Below, piece by piece: positions 1 through 13,985 of a DNA stretch of 64,000 nucleotides (positions within the stretch are counted from its first letter, which is position 1; each line of letters begins with the position of its first letter). This stretch comes from Vicugna vicugna (lineage: Eukaryota). Below the pieces are notes generated by a model. It was not told the origin of the DNA. It worked only from the letters and a program-made list of their open reading frames with translations, and made no database searches. Location: contig MU057632.1 of NCBI GenBank assembly GCA_013265495.1, positions 852,054 to 916,053 of the forward strand. Direction: 5' to 3'. Made by a program: the position numbers and the translations under genes.

Positions 1-27
1 AGAAGCATTAGAAGCCAGCATACTTAC

Positions 28-138
28 TTTCAGACCTAGCAATGCACCTGATTCCTTGGGCATGGTCGTTCTCTTGTTAAGAATAACACGTCCAATTAAA
101 CGGTCGCCCTCTTTAGATGGCTGCCAGGTTACAGGATG
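28..138 (-). CDS. RIMS1: RIMS1 coding exon, 111 nt, HPVTWQPSKEGDRLIGRVILNKRTTMPKESGALLGLK (start of PDZ domain)
   Basis: Minus strand reads ttttaaag|CATCCT...CTGAAA|gtaagt; phase 0/0; not in the ORF track; matches known RIM1 sequence. Confidence 0.96.
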
Positions 139-732
139 CTTTAAAACATAAATGAAGATAGAAAGATAAGCTGTTTTTTCTTCCTACAGAGACAGAATTA
201 TTGGTTGCAGCATGATGTGGTTTCCTCAGGTAAAAGGCACTCTAGAGGGAATTCTTTATTCTGGGGGCTCTATCCTTGGCTTAGAACAATTTTCATTTAC
301 AGCTGTATTTCATTTGCAATAGGCACTTACTACACTAAATAGTTCTAAAAGTAGTCAGCAACTAAATGCATCTCTGAAATACGGTTCCAAAGTGAAATTA
401 ATTGAAAATTTAAAATATATCAGCTTACATATAAATAGGACCAATTCTGCATGTTGAGTTATTATTAATGTTGGTGTCACTAACCAAATACTATCTCATT
501 TACACAGAGTCGTTATTTAATACTTGTTTTTACTTATTTTAAAATTTGTCATAAATATTCAGTGATAACTGTTTTTCTTCCCAACTATACTGTCTTAAAT
601 GAATCAGTATTTTCTCTCACAGAATACACAATGGAGCAGAATAAGATTACTATTGACCACTTATCAGACACAGGATGGCAAAGGGCACACACGTTCCCTG
701 GGCTCCCAAATCCTCCTTCCCTGGATGCTTAC

Positions 733-800
733 CGAACTAATAGGTGATGTTTCCCGGCTATGCCACGTGGCAGGATCCAACCAGTAATAATCCAAGTCAC
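733..800 (-). CDS. RIMS1: RIMS1 coding exon, 68 nt, (G)DLDYYWLDPATWHSRETSPISS
   Basis: Minus strand reads tcttgtgcag|GTGACTTGG...AGTTCG|gtaagc; phase 1 in, phase 0 out, consistent with neighbouring exons. Confidence 0.96.
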
Positions 801-3130
801 CTGCACAAGAGGAAAAGAATGAAAAGGGTAACGGCTTTCCAGGGGCGGATGTGTCACTTTAAGAGCGACCTCTTCAGTCTACAAAGTAAAGGGTTACACA
901 TGTCATCATCTTGCGTGTGTACATCTCAGAACGACAGACACCTACCCTGCATCCCCGGAATGAATGTGTGTTACAAACGCACTTCATGCAACGGGTGGGT
1001 TATCTCTCACTCTCAGTTGAGGCATGTGGAAAAGTATGGGAAGAACTAGGTAGACCCACCCACCTCCCCTCGAAGCTCTGTCCGGGCCAACGTCCAGCCT
1101 GCCGTCCAGCGATACTGGCTAAGACTATCCTTGAGCCAAGTGTGAAAATTTAGTGTCTCCCCTACGACTCTTCCCAACCACATCATATCTTCAAAATTAC
1201 CCCTTGCTCTCGACATTCTTCCCTCATTAGCTGAACAACCAGACACCCATTTTTAGGATACGGTGTTGAAAATTAAATTTCAAGAATAACTTTGAGCAAG
1301 AGACCACCTCCAAATGACGGAGTGTTCAATGCCACTAAAGTCCCAAAAAAGACTTTTTAAAAAATCCTAACTTTGTCAGCATGAATTTAGGAACTTTCCA
1401 TTTTGATTTTTTTTTTTGGCTTAAAAATACAATGCTAAAGAAAGTCTAAAATAAAAGAAAAAATAGAGCGTAAAAGCAGCATCGCGGATAGTATAGGAGG
1501 AGAGGTCAAAGTGGGTAACCACGTGAGAGCAAGTGACCTTTTACATTTTCAACATCAGATTAAGTCAGTGAATTTTTTTTTTTCTCCCCAGGGATCCTGA
1601 GAGAGGAAAAAAAATTAGGTGAGTGAATAAAGCATGTTAGATGTTTCACTGTTGGAAAAATATGTTTGGCTGATGTCTGTGAAGGTCGTAAGTGAAGAAT
1701 TTTATGTGGATGATCAAAATGGCAATTGCAGGCACTGTGCAAGAAATACAATAGAAAATGACAAATGTGTAAAATCTGCAGACACAAAAAAATCCATATG
1801 CTTCAACTTCTTTGTAGCTGATTCTGTTTTCCTTCTGCATAATATCTTACACAAGTTGAAGGAGAATGCTCTCTCTATATATATATGATAAGAAACACTA
1901 ACATTTTCTTCAACTATGTCATGTAGATAACAACGGTATATACTGTGAAGGGGTGAATTTTAGAAAATTTATTAGCAGAAACTATATGCTGTAAACATTT
2001 ACTCCATATTGCTCTCAAAATCACATACTTTAAAACACAGACATGGCTTGGTGCCAATGATGATAGATTTCTCATATTTTTCTGGACCACCTTAGCTAAT
2101 GGAATATAAGGAAAGTTGTAAAAGGCGTGCTTTTTTTCCCTTTAGTTTCTCTCTTTGTGAAACTGCTTATTTTTAAAGCTGCCTTGTTTTTAGTATTCCG
2201 ATACTGTTCCTCTTGAAAGAAAAACTATTTATCGTTATAATAAAATGAAAGTTACTACTAAGTAGTAACTACCAATGTCATTCAAAAGATTATTGCAATT
2301 TATGAGGCTTTCTTCCTAGAATTTCATATACCTAGACATAAGGTCTGAAGACTCCTTAAATGTGGATTCTTTCCAAAATCCTGTGACAAATGAATAGAAC
2401 CAGAAATATTTTTGGGGCTTGAAGAAGAAAAAGGAGTCATGAAGTTGGAAGCTGCTTGGAGAAGTCTTTAAGGATAAAGAAACAACAACAAGCCTTCTTG
2501 TTTTAAAGGCTTTGAGAAAACAGCTCATCACCTCCTTTGGGAGCTGCCTTAGATCTTGGGACCTGGACTCCTGGGGACTCTCTCTCAGCTCACCCTCCCG
2601 CCCCTCATATCTAGACACACGTGTCTGCTGTGCAGAAAGTGCTCCTTGCAGGCAAAGAACCAAAGCTGGTATTTCTCGTGCAACTCCATAATGGTACTGA
2701 GCACACTTTATTATGAAAACACCACTTTCATGCAATGTTATTGTATCATTTACAAGCTTTGGAGGGTAACGATCTTGAATGGAGAGTCTAAATTAATTGG
2801 TTTAAGATGGGATGTATATGTAGTTTGCCTGGCCTTCCAGTGTGCAGTTGGAATAAATTCTGGCATTAGTTCTAACAATGGCTTTATGGATGCTACAGAT
2901 TTTACAACTTTAAAAACTCTGATCTTCGTTTTTGGTCATACATAGCATGGCAGAAATCTACTAAGAATTACTAATAAATGCACATGTGAAAAAGACATTA
3001 AGTATTTCAGCACACAATAACATTTGCATATATGTTAGTATACAGTTACACTTCCATGACATTCTGAACAGTCTTTAACAGTTTTCCTATCACTGGCTTC
3101 ATTATCACCCATTAAAATATGACATTTTTG

Positions 3131-3270
3131 CGGGGAGGGTATAGCTCACTGGTAGAGCGCGTGCTTAGCATGCATGAGGTCCTGGGTTCAATCCCCAATA
3201 CTTCCATTAAAATAAATAAATACATAGATATACCTAATTACTGCCTTCAAAATTAATAAAATTTTAAAAA
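3131..3270 (+). mobile_element. tRNA-derived SINE, Vic-1-like (camelid)
   Basis: GGGGAGGGTATAGCTCA..GGTAGAGCG A-box head, GGTTCAATCCC B-box, AAAT-rich tail; related copies elsewhere in the window. Confidence 0.85.
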
Positions 3271-6216
3271 TATATAACATGTTTGCTTAGAGATTGACAA
3301 AAATAAATTCAAAGATCTAAATATGTAGTTTTAGACTGTATTTGTTTCTTCTTTCCTTGTTTTTAACATTATTCACTTTTTAAGTACTCTAATTTGTCTT
3401 TATAAGACACATTTCTCTCCTATCGACAGAATAAGTGACACAACAAAACTTCCTCCTAAAATATTCAGAACCTAGTATTTCATTAATATAAAACATTTTT
3501 CTTGATTACTTTTTTAATGGGTGATTAAAGATATTGATTGCCTGGTGGCATAGCTACAAAATGATAAATTCATGGTATTTGCTTATGGAATTGGTACAAA
3601 AAGCATTTTAGTTCTAATGTCCAATATAATTATAAAGGAATCAAATTTACTATTATCATTCATTTCGATGCAGGAAGTACATCAATCAGATGCTTCAGTT
3701 TACCGAAATGGCTCAAGTTTATAAATATCCAACGAAATGTTATAATTTGAGCATTATTTTTTGTGATGACTTTAAAAACAGACTTTCATCCTATCCCTTG
3801 TGAAAAAGCAGGTTAATTAAACTTCGTCATTAAGCACACAGCTTTCACTGCACAAAGAAAAGTCAGCTAATGACACATGAGCTTTCTGTCAAGAGAATTA
3901 TCTTATATGCTACATATAACATGCATAAATATGCATGTTTGTGATTTAAATTTTTGTATCTTATGATCTCTAATGTCAAAGCTCATTGGATGGGTTTCAA
4001 TAAGACCAATCAGAGTCAATGAACAAAAATATCTCCTAAATAATACACATGCATGATTGTGTGTGAGTATATTAAAATTGTAAGGAGAAAACCATTGCTC
4101 TAATTTCACAATTCAATATCTATTTAACTATTTACATAACATTTACATTCGACCAAGTGGGATGTATATCCAATGGGTAAAGAGTAAAGGAAAGGTTATC
4201 AACACCAAACTCTTTAAGTGTTAGAAAATCTGGACTACTCTATTGCCAGGAGAAATATACAGCGTATTTTAACATCATTATAATGGACGATAAGAGATGG
4301 GACTCAAATCAAGTTCAAGACTGACTCACAGTAACTCTGCACAATTTCTAATTCATATCCATAATTCTGCTACTTGTCATCTCAAAAAACAAACTGTTCT
4401 TCCTTTATGGAACAGGCTGTTACCATTCAAAAAATGATAAAAACCATGGACCAAAAATCAGAAGAATTATCCTTCCAGAGCCTCCTATACCCCTTTACAT
4501 TTTTCCTCTTTTATTTTTGTTTATCTTCTATAGCAGGATGTGTGTTGAGACTGAATGAAATTAGAGGAATCCTAAGGTACTTTGTTCCAGCACAGCACAT
4601 AGAAAAATTAAAATACTAGGCAAAAACATGTTTATTGTACGTCTATCTGTAGTGTATACATAAAAGCCAACTCAGTTCTGAGACTGAGTTTTTAATTTGA
4701 GACCACGCAGGGTATTTTTAACACTGAGTACTGTGATCGGCACATGAGTTAATAAATAACAAATATTGCTTTGGTTAACATATGATAAAAACATTCATAC
4801 ATTTTAATTCATTTTAAAATTTTACAAGCGCATTCTTTTCATAGATGGGAAATAACATGTGAAGCCTAAGAATTGAGGCAAAAATCTTAACTTCTGATTA
4901 ATACAGTGAAAATGCCACTTTGAAACAGTTTTCCCATATTGTATAAGTTTATTTTAGAGAGTTTTATGCCTCTAAAGGGCACATATGTTCAGTTCCACCC
5001 CTAAATTATATTTAATAACAGAGGTAACTCTGGAATCAGTCAGCAATAATTTGCTATACAGCAGAGCCTTAGAAGGCTTAATTTTACCTAATTTAACAGT
5101 CAGGGACAAGAAACATTATTTAATATGACTTATTATCTAGGCATTAAAATAAAATGGGAACATAAACTTGTTAAATTTAATCATTAACCATATAATCTGT
5201 GAAATAATAAATACTATGTGTACAGATGCAAAATCACTGAATTGTCATTCACAATTGAATTCTTGTCAGCCCAAGTTCCTAGCACATAAAACTTTGGGTC
5301 CTAAAATACTTTTTGGTGACTTCGTGCAAAATCCACACCAATGTTCACACCACAATTTGATGGCAAACAATGAATAATTAAGTAGCAGATTTGTGCCCCT
5401 TGGAAGCAAGGCCTGAGGCAGGGTTAGAGGCATCTCCAAGCTATTGGTCTTCAGCAAAAACCTCTTCAATAATCCTAAATGACTTAAATTCCAGTTTTTG
5501 ATGTTGGCCCAGGGCACACACACAAAGGGTCATTCCTTGGAAGAATTACGTTATCTCCAACTTTAGAAGTGGCTGTTCTACAAATGCACCTTAGAAATTT
5601 CACTTTCAAAATTCCCGTTGGTCCACACGTTGCTCTGTTTTTATCCTGGAACAAACAATATCACTGTCGCTCTCTCTCTCTGGTATATTAATGCGATATA
5701 AATACATACTATTATTCAAGTATTCAAGTAAATACATACTATTATTGATTAAGTAAATCAGATATCAAGAATTTTGCTTTCAGAAATTACTTATACTTAA
5801 TAGAGCCTCCAGAGTTGAATTACCTCTAGAGAAAGATTTGCTTGAGGACCTATGATTCTGTGTCTCTGATTTATAACCTCAGAGGACAGGAAAGAAGGCT
5901 TGAGAAAGGAGAATTTTGTAAACATATTTGGCAGAGGTGATACCTCTCTGGTTGTATGTATTGTTTGGTGAATTTGAGAGCTAACTTTTAGAATGTCAAC
6001 CCTACCACCAGACAATTCCATGAAGCACTTATGTGAAACTCAGTATCAACATTTCTGGCTGAACTCTGAGCCCAGTCATTCTGATAATCCCTTAACTTGG
6101 GAGATAATAAATCCCACAGCATGCCACTGTTCCTTCAAGTGTAGGAGGAGATAATGTATGTGAAACTGCTGTATAAACTATAAAGCACCACAGAAATGCA
6201 AGTCGTCGTGAGAGTT

Positions 6217-6380
6217 TAAAAATATACACTGAAAGGGATATCCAATAAAAATATGGATAAGTATTTGTCAATTTATAAAAATATATGCTGAAAAATAATA
6301 ATATTGATAAGTATTTGTTGATTCGTAAAAATATACACTGAAAAGGATTTCCAATAATAATAACTTTATTTGTTGATTCT
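6217..6380. repeat. Degenerate AT-rich tandem repeat, about three units of 50-60 bp
   Basis: TAAAAATATA(CA/TG)CTGAAA...TATTTGT recurs near 6217, 6276 and 6326. Confidence 0.7.
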
Positions 6381-6544
6381 AACATCGTAATAAAATAATA
6401 CTAATTTTTTTCTGCCCCACAGTTTACTTTTCTGGAACCTTGAGTAATTAGAGAACCTCACTACATTTTAATTTCTCTATTAACAGTATTATGTTACCTA
6501 ATATTTATAATTGTGTGTTTTTTTAATAAAACATAAAAACCAGC

Positions 6545-6760
6545 TATTGTATAAAAAGAGCACTGTACTCGAAGCTGGAGACTTGGACTCTAATCCTCAC
6601 TGCCGTATTAGGTGAATTCTCTCAATAACATCCTTTCATTTCTATTCTCCTCATCCTTTTCTGTAAAACAGGGACAATGCCACTTTCTCACGAAAGTTTC
6701 ATGAGGATTGAATGAGATATACCAGTCTTGTAAACTGTAAAGGACTTTAGAAATAGATCT
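6545..6760 (+). mobile_element. MIR-type ancient SINE
   Basis: AAAAGAGCACTG...ACTTGGACTCTAATCC...TCTGTAAAACAGGGACAAT...TGAGGATTGAATGAGAT resembles the MIR core. Confidence 0.65.
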
Positions 6761-7940
6761 TATTGTATGATACAAAATCAAGATCAGGAATATGAAATCA
6801 TGGCATTAGAGATCAGATTGATAGTTAAACAGCCATCAACACTAAAACAGATGTCGTATCAGAAATCCTTCCAAAAGATGACTTGAAATGGGCTCAGAAA
6901 AATGGTAAAGTCATTCTGTTTATAAAAATCATTAACTGGCCTGGTGTAAAACAGATGCTCAAGTGATCAGAAGGAAGGAATATTTCTTTAATCTCGATGG
7001 TTAAATGAGAAAAAGAACCATCCCACACAGAAACAGTAGAAGAAATTTTCCCCGTTAATTCCCACAGAGCTGATGGGAGCCCGAGTGGTCAAGAGAACGG
7101 TGACTTTTACAGTGAGGTTATCTATACATCGAGATGTACACAGATTAACCTAACCAAAAACATATGAAAGGAGTCATTGGGACTGTGAAGTGATTAATTT
7201 GATCAGGCTGCACAACCTACCCTTCATCTGAAAATAAACATTTTCCCATTTTTTCATATGGTCATATTTTTATGTGTGAAAACAAAGCACTTTTCATGTA
7301 TAAGTGAAATATTTGTGGCTGAATTTTTCCATATCAGGAAATAAGCAGGCTGTTTTATCTCTTCATATCTTCTTTTCTGATGACTCAAGATATCCCTGAA
7401 AATATTCCTTTGAAACCAGCTTGTATTATGGCTTAAAAAAGATCTGGTACAGACATTAGTTATGGAATATATTTTAATATTTATAGTCTAATATAATATT
7501 TATATTCTAATAGGATATAAGATTCCTAACTTTCTAATATTCCTTTTTATTCTTAACAAAGTAATCTAAATAATAACAAGATTGATGGTTTTAAGAAAAC
7601 AACTATAAATTTAAACATGTAATAGGGTCACTCTGGATGATGGGGTCTTTGAGAAAGCACAGAAAATTTTGTGGGTTTACTTTAAATAGGCCAAAAGATA
7701 TTGAGAAATAAAAAGCTATTTGAGATAGTAAACAGTAGTCATCAGTTTGATATTTCCTAGTGTTAAAAGTTTTATAAAGTTATATATTGGAGAGTCTGTG
7801 ACATTTCAAGTTTCAGAAATACCCCCACAACAGTGATGTCCTTACTCTTCTATGTCCACATTCACCTGATGCTACAGGCCTCAGAAGAAGTCTGTAAATT
7901 AAAATTTCCAGAAGTTTAGAACAACCACCACCAAGACAAA

Positions 7941-7977
7941 ACACACACACACACACACACACACATACACACACATA
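7941..7977. repeat. (CA)n microsatellite
   Basis: Directly visible, slightly interrupted. Confidence 0.95.
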
Positions 7978-9461
7978 CCCCTTTGTGCCTTAGAATAATA
8001 AAAATAAGTATGTTCAGGGTCTTCAGGAAATCTAGAGCAGGGTATATTTATCATCCATATAAATAACAATAAATATGTATCTGAAGAAAGATCTAAGGTC
8101 ACTGATGAAAGGCAAAAAGATTTCCACATCTAACAGTCTAGAGAAGAGTGCATTTCACATGTAAACATGGGCTGAGGTCTCAGGACAGAGAAATTTCTTC
8201 CCCAGAATCTACATACAGAAAGAACAGTCGGTACCCAGGAGAGCAAGTCACAAAATTAACCATCTCGGGGACACTTTTTTTTTCTTTTTTCCAACATAAG
8301 GATCCTTCATCATAAGACTCTGGGAAGTGCTACAGGCAGGAGGGAAATATTTTACTGCAACTTTGCAACTGACCAGGCTTCCACATTGACACTGAGTACT
8401 CCATTCACGTGGGAGAACGGCTGTCACTGCAAAGTCTCGGAATAACCAGCCAGGAAACCCTGTGGAAAAAATTGGGGTTTACTTGTTTTCATTGTTTGGG
8501 GACTGGATATTAACTACAGGTTTAAGAAGCTGTAGTGCCGGGCAACTTCACAGCAGAGACATTACAAGAAAGCACTCTCGATGAATATCTTTGATCAAGA
8601 AGAACATGAGTCTTTATCCATACCTCACACCCAGGTGACACTAGCAACACAATATTAACTTGCAATAAGGCTGAATGTCCAATTTCTACCTGCCTTTGCA
8701 TCCCAAAGACACAGAAATGAAAAACATGGAGGTGACTACATTATCCTGGTTTTAGTGATGTATAAATAATGAGAATAATAAAAAAGATGAATTTGAAGGG
8801 AATACAGAACAAAACGGAAGTACTTATGAGGACTGATGCCACTTGTCATTTAAAAATATATTATTAAGCTATAGAATATTAGAAAGTAAATTCACCCCTA
8901 GCAAACATGTTGGTAACAGACAGGTGTTTTAAAACCAGAGCTCCATCAGAGTACGTTACTGTAAGTATTGTTTGTTTTTCCTCTTTTCTTTTTTGTTTTA
9001 TTTTGCCATTTGTTTGTCTTTATTTTTATTTTGGCTCTCCAAACAAATAATTTATAGATATGTTATAGGACTTTTTTTAAGTTGGAGATTCCTCGACTGA
9101 CAGTGGGAAGTTGATAGGCATAGAAATTTGGAGAATATTTTATGCCTCACTGTTATTCTAGAGAAATCTGCTAAGTACCCATATTCACAACCTTCAAAAT
9201 GATAGCCACAAGTAACCAGGGTGCATAACACTGCAAGGTCACTGGCCTAGATCCCCCGCTGCAGGGCCCCAGTGGTCAAGCTGTCCAAAGGGATGAACTT
9301 TCAACCATGCTCCTGCTCCAGATGGCAAGGGCAAGTGATGCAAGCAAGAAAGCACAAGGGAAATGGAGGAAAAGAAGCAAACCCACAAATGCAGATACAC
9401 AATACATGCCCTGCTCATTACAAAGCAAATTAAGTTCGGGTTGGTAAGAAACTAACCTACT

Positions 9462-10120
9462 TACAATAGGGAGGAACAAATGTGACTCCACATTAGATCT
9501 GTTCTTTTGGCTCTAACCCTGTGCTCTGCTTCCAGAGCTTAGTCTAGCTGGTTCTGCACCTTTGTAAAAGAATGTTGCCTAGGGGGGTGGTATAGCTCAA
9601 GCGGTAGAGTCATGCTTGGCATGCACGAGGTTCAATTCCCAGAACCCCTTCTAAGTAAATAAATAAACAAATAAATCTAATTACCTCCCTCCTCAAAAAA
9701 AAAAAAGGAGAGAAAAAAAATAGAATACTGCCTATAGCTTGAAATAGACAGGACAGCCCATTCTCCAGGCTCTGACCTTTAAGTGCATAACACTTTCCCA
9801 TTATATAGACATTAAAAAGTTGCAGAACAGAGAATAACATTTGTCTTGTTGGAGGTTTACAGGGACATCACGACCTGACCCACATGGACAGCTGCAAGAT
9901 CAAAGGATTCTGACACCAAGAAGTCTGCAACAACCAACCACACCCTCTCCTCTTTTTAATATAAAAGAAGCCTGAATTCTAAGTCAGGGAAGATGGTTCT
10001 CTGGCACTTTAGTCCCCCATCTTCTCGGTCTGCTGGCTTTCTTATTCCTTGCCTCAACACCTCTACTTCGGATTTATCGGCCTGCTTGCAGCCAGCAGAA
10101 CGAGTTTGGACTCAGTAACC
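9462..10120 (+). mobile_element. Solo ERV LTR (copy 1 of a three-copy family), interrupted by a SINE
   Basis: Colinear with 28601-29121 and 42943-43476 (GACTCCA.ATTAGATCTG...GAGTTTGGACTC.GTAAC); TATAAAA box; flanks TACT/CACT resemble a 4-bp TSD. Confidence 0.85.
9582..9720 (+). mobile_element. Vic-1-like SINE nested in the LTR
   Basis: tRNA-like head, A-rich tail; TSD AGAATGTTGCCTA (9569-9581) / AGAATACTGCCTA (9722-9734). Confidence 0.88.
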
Positions 10121-13100
10121 CACTGACACAGGAAAGGAATTTTCTTCCAGAGTCCCTAAATATTTAAGATTTGGGTAAATGAGTCTAAAATTATACTTCC
10201 AGTATAATAATTTCAAAATATATTCCTCTTAGGTTAAATTCTCATATCAAAACCTGTTACATTAAAAAAATCAGGATGTCTTCAAAAAACCAGGATGCCT
10301 TAAAAGTTCTCTACATGGTTTCCTGGCTGGTCACAGGTGCTGTCTTGAGATGAATGGGGTTCCGCTGGGGAATGCGGGGCAGCCTTATGCCCACGTGGGG
10401 GCTGCTTAAATTCAGGACTCACCCAGCTGCACTGATCTAGCCAAGCACACATCAGAGGGGACATATTCTGGAGTACAGTGTCCCTGGATATTTGTGAAAT
10501 GTTTAACTTACAGCAATAATAGAGGGGGGGGGCTTTGTAAGGGATGTGCAGTAAATCAAGTTAAATATTCTAACGTCTAACTCTGAATTAATGTGGACCG
10601 CCAGACAGCCGTATACCCGGACTGCGCTCTATTCCACATGGCCCCTTCACCTCCGAGCCCCCACTGTTCTGTTACTGTATCGCCCTTCAACGTATTAATT
10701 ACACAGATCGTCACACAGATCATGCTGCTGCTACTGATTATCTTCTCTAGGAAACGACACGTAAGAAACATACCTCTGCTGTCAGTATCAGAAAAAAAAA
10801 TCAGCGTGCACTTAACTGGTTTACCTTATATGATATGGATGTTGTAGATGTTTCACTAATGACATTTTTCTCAAAGCACATGTATTAGAATGTTTATGGT
10901 GAAACCTACAGGCTAAATGTTCTACGCTTACTTTCCTTCACTGATCTTTTCTTTTCCTTCTAACTTATTCTGTATGGCTATATTTTTACATTTTGGTGGA
11001 AATGTTAAGTCACTTTTGGTATGCAGGTGGATTTTAAAGTAGGAAATAAAATAAAACTGAACGAATATGCACAAAACTCTGTTTTCATTAAAATATAGAT
11101 TTTTCCATCCATTGATCTCGACATACCTCTAATAATGGTGAGATGAGAAATAACTAAAATGCGATTGATGTAAGATGGTAGCTTATCTGTAGCCTAGACG
11201 GCAGTCAGTGTTCAGTAAACAGCAAATTATCGTGCCCAATTTGGGAATCTTGTCAAAGGCTGGAAAGCAAGTGAAAAAGGCTTCTCTTCTAGCAAAAACC
11301 AATATCCAAAACAAACATACACACACACACACACAAAGACCAATATCAGAAATCTGAGCTCCTAGACTTTTATTCCATCAAAAACCCAGATGCCTTCACT
11401 CCTAATTTTACTGTCACAATCACAAGAAAGTTTCTCTGGCATTCAGCTCCACAGGACCACTGAAGATGCACATACTGAACAAGAAAAGAGGTTGGTAGAG
11501 ACAAGCACACTGACAGCAATAAAAATTCACAGCGAAGGGGACAGGAAAACTTAAAGAAAATCACAAAAACAAGTCAAGCCAATTGATAAGGCTCTACATG
11601 CCCTCAACACTTTCATACTGTGAGGAGCTCTGAGATCATAATCGTATGAACGGGCAACGTAATAAACGGATGTGATAACAATCTCCATTAGGCAACAACT
11701 GAAAGAATTACTTTGTGGCACCGAAAATTTTATGAAAATAGGATGAAATCCTCTTTTCAGCCTCCTTGCTTTAAAACAACAAAAAAAGGGCCATGTACGA
11801 TTCTGATGAGAGAGTTTAATTGAAATAACGTAAACGAACAGTGTCAGTAACAACAAGGTGATTGGCAAATATTCTGCATATTGGAAAATTCAGCTTATCC
11901 AGATTGATGGACTTAAAGCTCCATTTTCACCTTTCCAGAATTAAATCATTACCATCAACACTATGGAAAACAGAAACACGTAGGGACAGTTTATCAAACA
12001 CTGCTTTAGAATTATTACATATTAAAGATTCCATGCACCATAAATATTATTTATTTTCTCTCTTTGTTATATTTGGACATTTTGTGAATACAAAAAAATG
12101 GGAAATATAGGTTAACTGCTCTTTGTACAACGTCCTACACACAAAGGGGTTGCATTGTCTTCTAAAGATTCTTAACCAAAAGTAACCTCTCAAGTAAGAA
12201 CAAAGCAAAGCAAACAAAACTATCTTTTCTAGGGGACTGATTATGCAACTGAAACAAATTGTGAAATTAACAGATATTTGGTGAAAAAATGGAAACTGAA
12301 TACTGTTAGCACGGACACCTAAAATTTTCAGTGACGTTCAATCTGAAAATTGAAATTACTCTTTAATTTACGAAAAAGATGAAATTGAATGTTATTTCAA
12401 TGTTAAAGTGAGTTTTCACATGTGTTTTCTAGTGCAACTTTTATAAATCCATAACTAATCTTTCTTAATTAAGACACAGAGTGATATCATTCACAAAGAC
12501 AGTAAATATCTTTTAGTAATTTCTCCCAATAAGTATGAGCACATCTAAGGTTGATCAAATAACTCCAATGATCTTAACAACATAAGATCATTATACCACA
12601 GCTGATTTCCATATAAACATACCTAAATTTTAGCAAAAATGCCTTACTGATCACAGCAAGAATGAACTGGAGAAATGGACAGAACCTACAAGAAATACCA
12701 GATTATTACACTGATCATAATAGTTCCAATATTAAGAGAAAAATCACAGTTAACCTTAACCTTTCCTAAAATATAAAGACATTTATTTTATACATACTTC
12801 AAATCCAATTAAAGGCTCATCTCCACTTTAAAATGAGTCACTCAATAACATTTCCTGAACTCCACCTCATTTTCTTTCTACCCAACAAGACTGTAAGCAG
12901 CATTTACTTTTAGGTATAAATGGCTTATTATTCATATTTGAAATATATTGGAAAGAACTTGCATTAAGATAATTGTTGCAACTGAATTCTAACCGCCAAA
13001 TTCTTCTTATTTTTCAAATGAAAAACTCTATTACTCTTGCTGGGCTATTTCTCATTTTTCACTGTGGAAAAAAGATAAAAACGTTGAAAGCCAACATCTT

Positions 13101-13185
13101 GCTAGCTCCTTTTATAATTTCATTTGTTACCAAGAATTTCGACAGTTCTTCCGTCCAAAGTGATGCACTAATAGTTTTGAGGACA

Positions 13186-13255
13186 AAAAAAAAAAAAAAA
13201 AAGAAAACAAAAAAACCCACACACCCACAGATACACACACACACACACACACACA
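13186..13255. repeat. Poly(A) tract followed by (CA)n
   Basis: Directly visible. Confidence 0.9.
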
Positions 13256-13740
13256 TCTGGACCTACTACAGTCTTTGTTCAGTGAAATTATCATTGCCTC
13301 ACATTTTACACCAACGAAAAACGTACCCAGCGCAATTTAACTTTGTAAAGCCAGCCAGGGCTGGTGGGGACCAGGGACAGGCTGTTGAAAGATTCTGTAG
13401 CACAAACTCGGAAGGGGTAACTTTAAGCAAAAACGCCAAAGAGAGCGCCTTCCCCTCTCTACAAAACACGGCTTTCTCGCCAATCCGCAGAAGGGTCATT
13501 TAGGTTACACTGATATTCTGGACGCTTTTATTTTATGCTTAATCATTCTATCACTTTCCTGCCTTCGTGGAATATCTCTGATTGCAGTACAATCTCATAG
13601 ATGAAAACAGCCCTTACATAGGGATTTCTATAATTCTAAGTCCAGTCTAGAACCAGACTAGCCTCTGAAGTAAGGGAATCACAACATAATATCAAAGAAG
13701 CCTACTGTCAGAACAAGAAATCCTAGTCTCTTCTGTCTTT

Positions 13741-13985
13741 GGGGGTGGAGGGATAAATTGGGAGTTCGGGATTTGCAGATACTAACTACTATATATAAAA
13801 TAGATAGACAACAAGTTCCTACTGTACAGCACAGGGAACTATACTCAATATCTTATAATGACCTATAGTGAAAAAGAATATGAAAAGGAATATGTATGTG
13901 TATAACTGAATCACTATGCTGGCCACCAGAAATTAACACAACATTGTATACCAACTATATTTCAATAAAAAAAGTTAAAAAAAAA
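13741..13985 (+). mobile_element. 5'-truncated L1 3' end (artiodactyl/camelid type)
   Basis: GGGAGTTCGGGATTTGCAGATAC...CTGTACAGCACAGGGAACTATA...TTCAATAAAAAA; many related copies in the window. Confidence 0.85.

Noticed and set aside
174..235. Plus-strand acceptor/donor pair suggesting an antisense exon
   Set aside because: Isolated motifs with no partner exons or other support
2250..2270. Perfect 10-bp-arm palindrome AGTTACTACT-A-AGTAGTAACT, and a smaller one near 4669-4690
   Set aside because: Too short for a pre-miRNA and expected occasionally in 64 kb of AT-rich DNA
3131..3205. tRNA-like sequences here and at the other SINE heads
   Set aside because: Dispersed diverged copies with AT-rich tails and TSDs are SINEs, not tRNA genes
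6217..6380. Spaced repeats as a CRISPR-like array
   Set aside because: Degenerate tandem duplication without unique spacers, in a mammalian intron with no cas genes
13299..13499. ORF with a GG|gtacgt donor as another RIMS1 first exon
   Set aside because: The donor is phase 2, incompatible with the downstream acceptors (phase 1 and 0), and the peptide is unrecognisable
12973..13503. 176-aa plus-strand ORF
   Set aside because: Length inflated by poly(A) and (CA)n tracts; no coding signature
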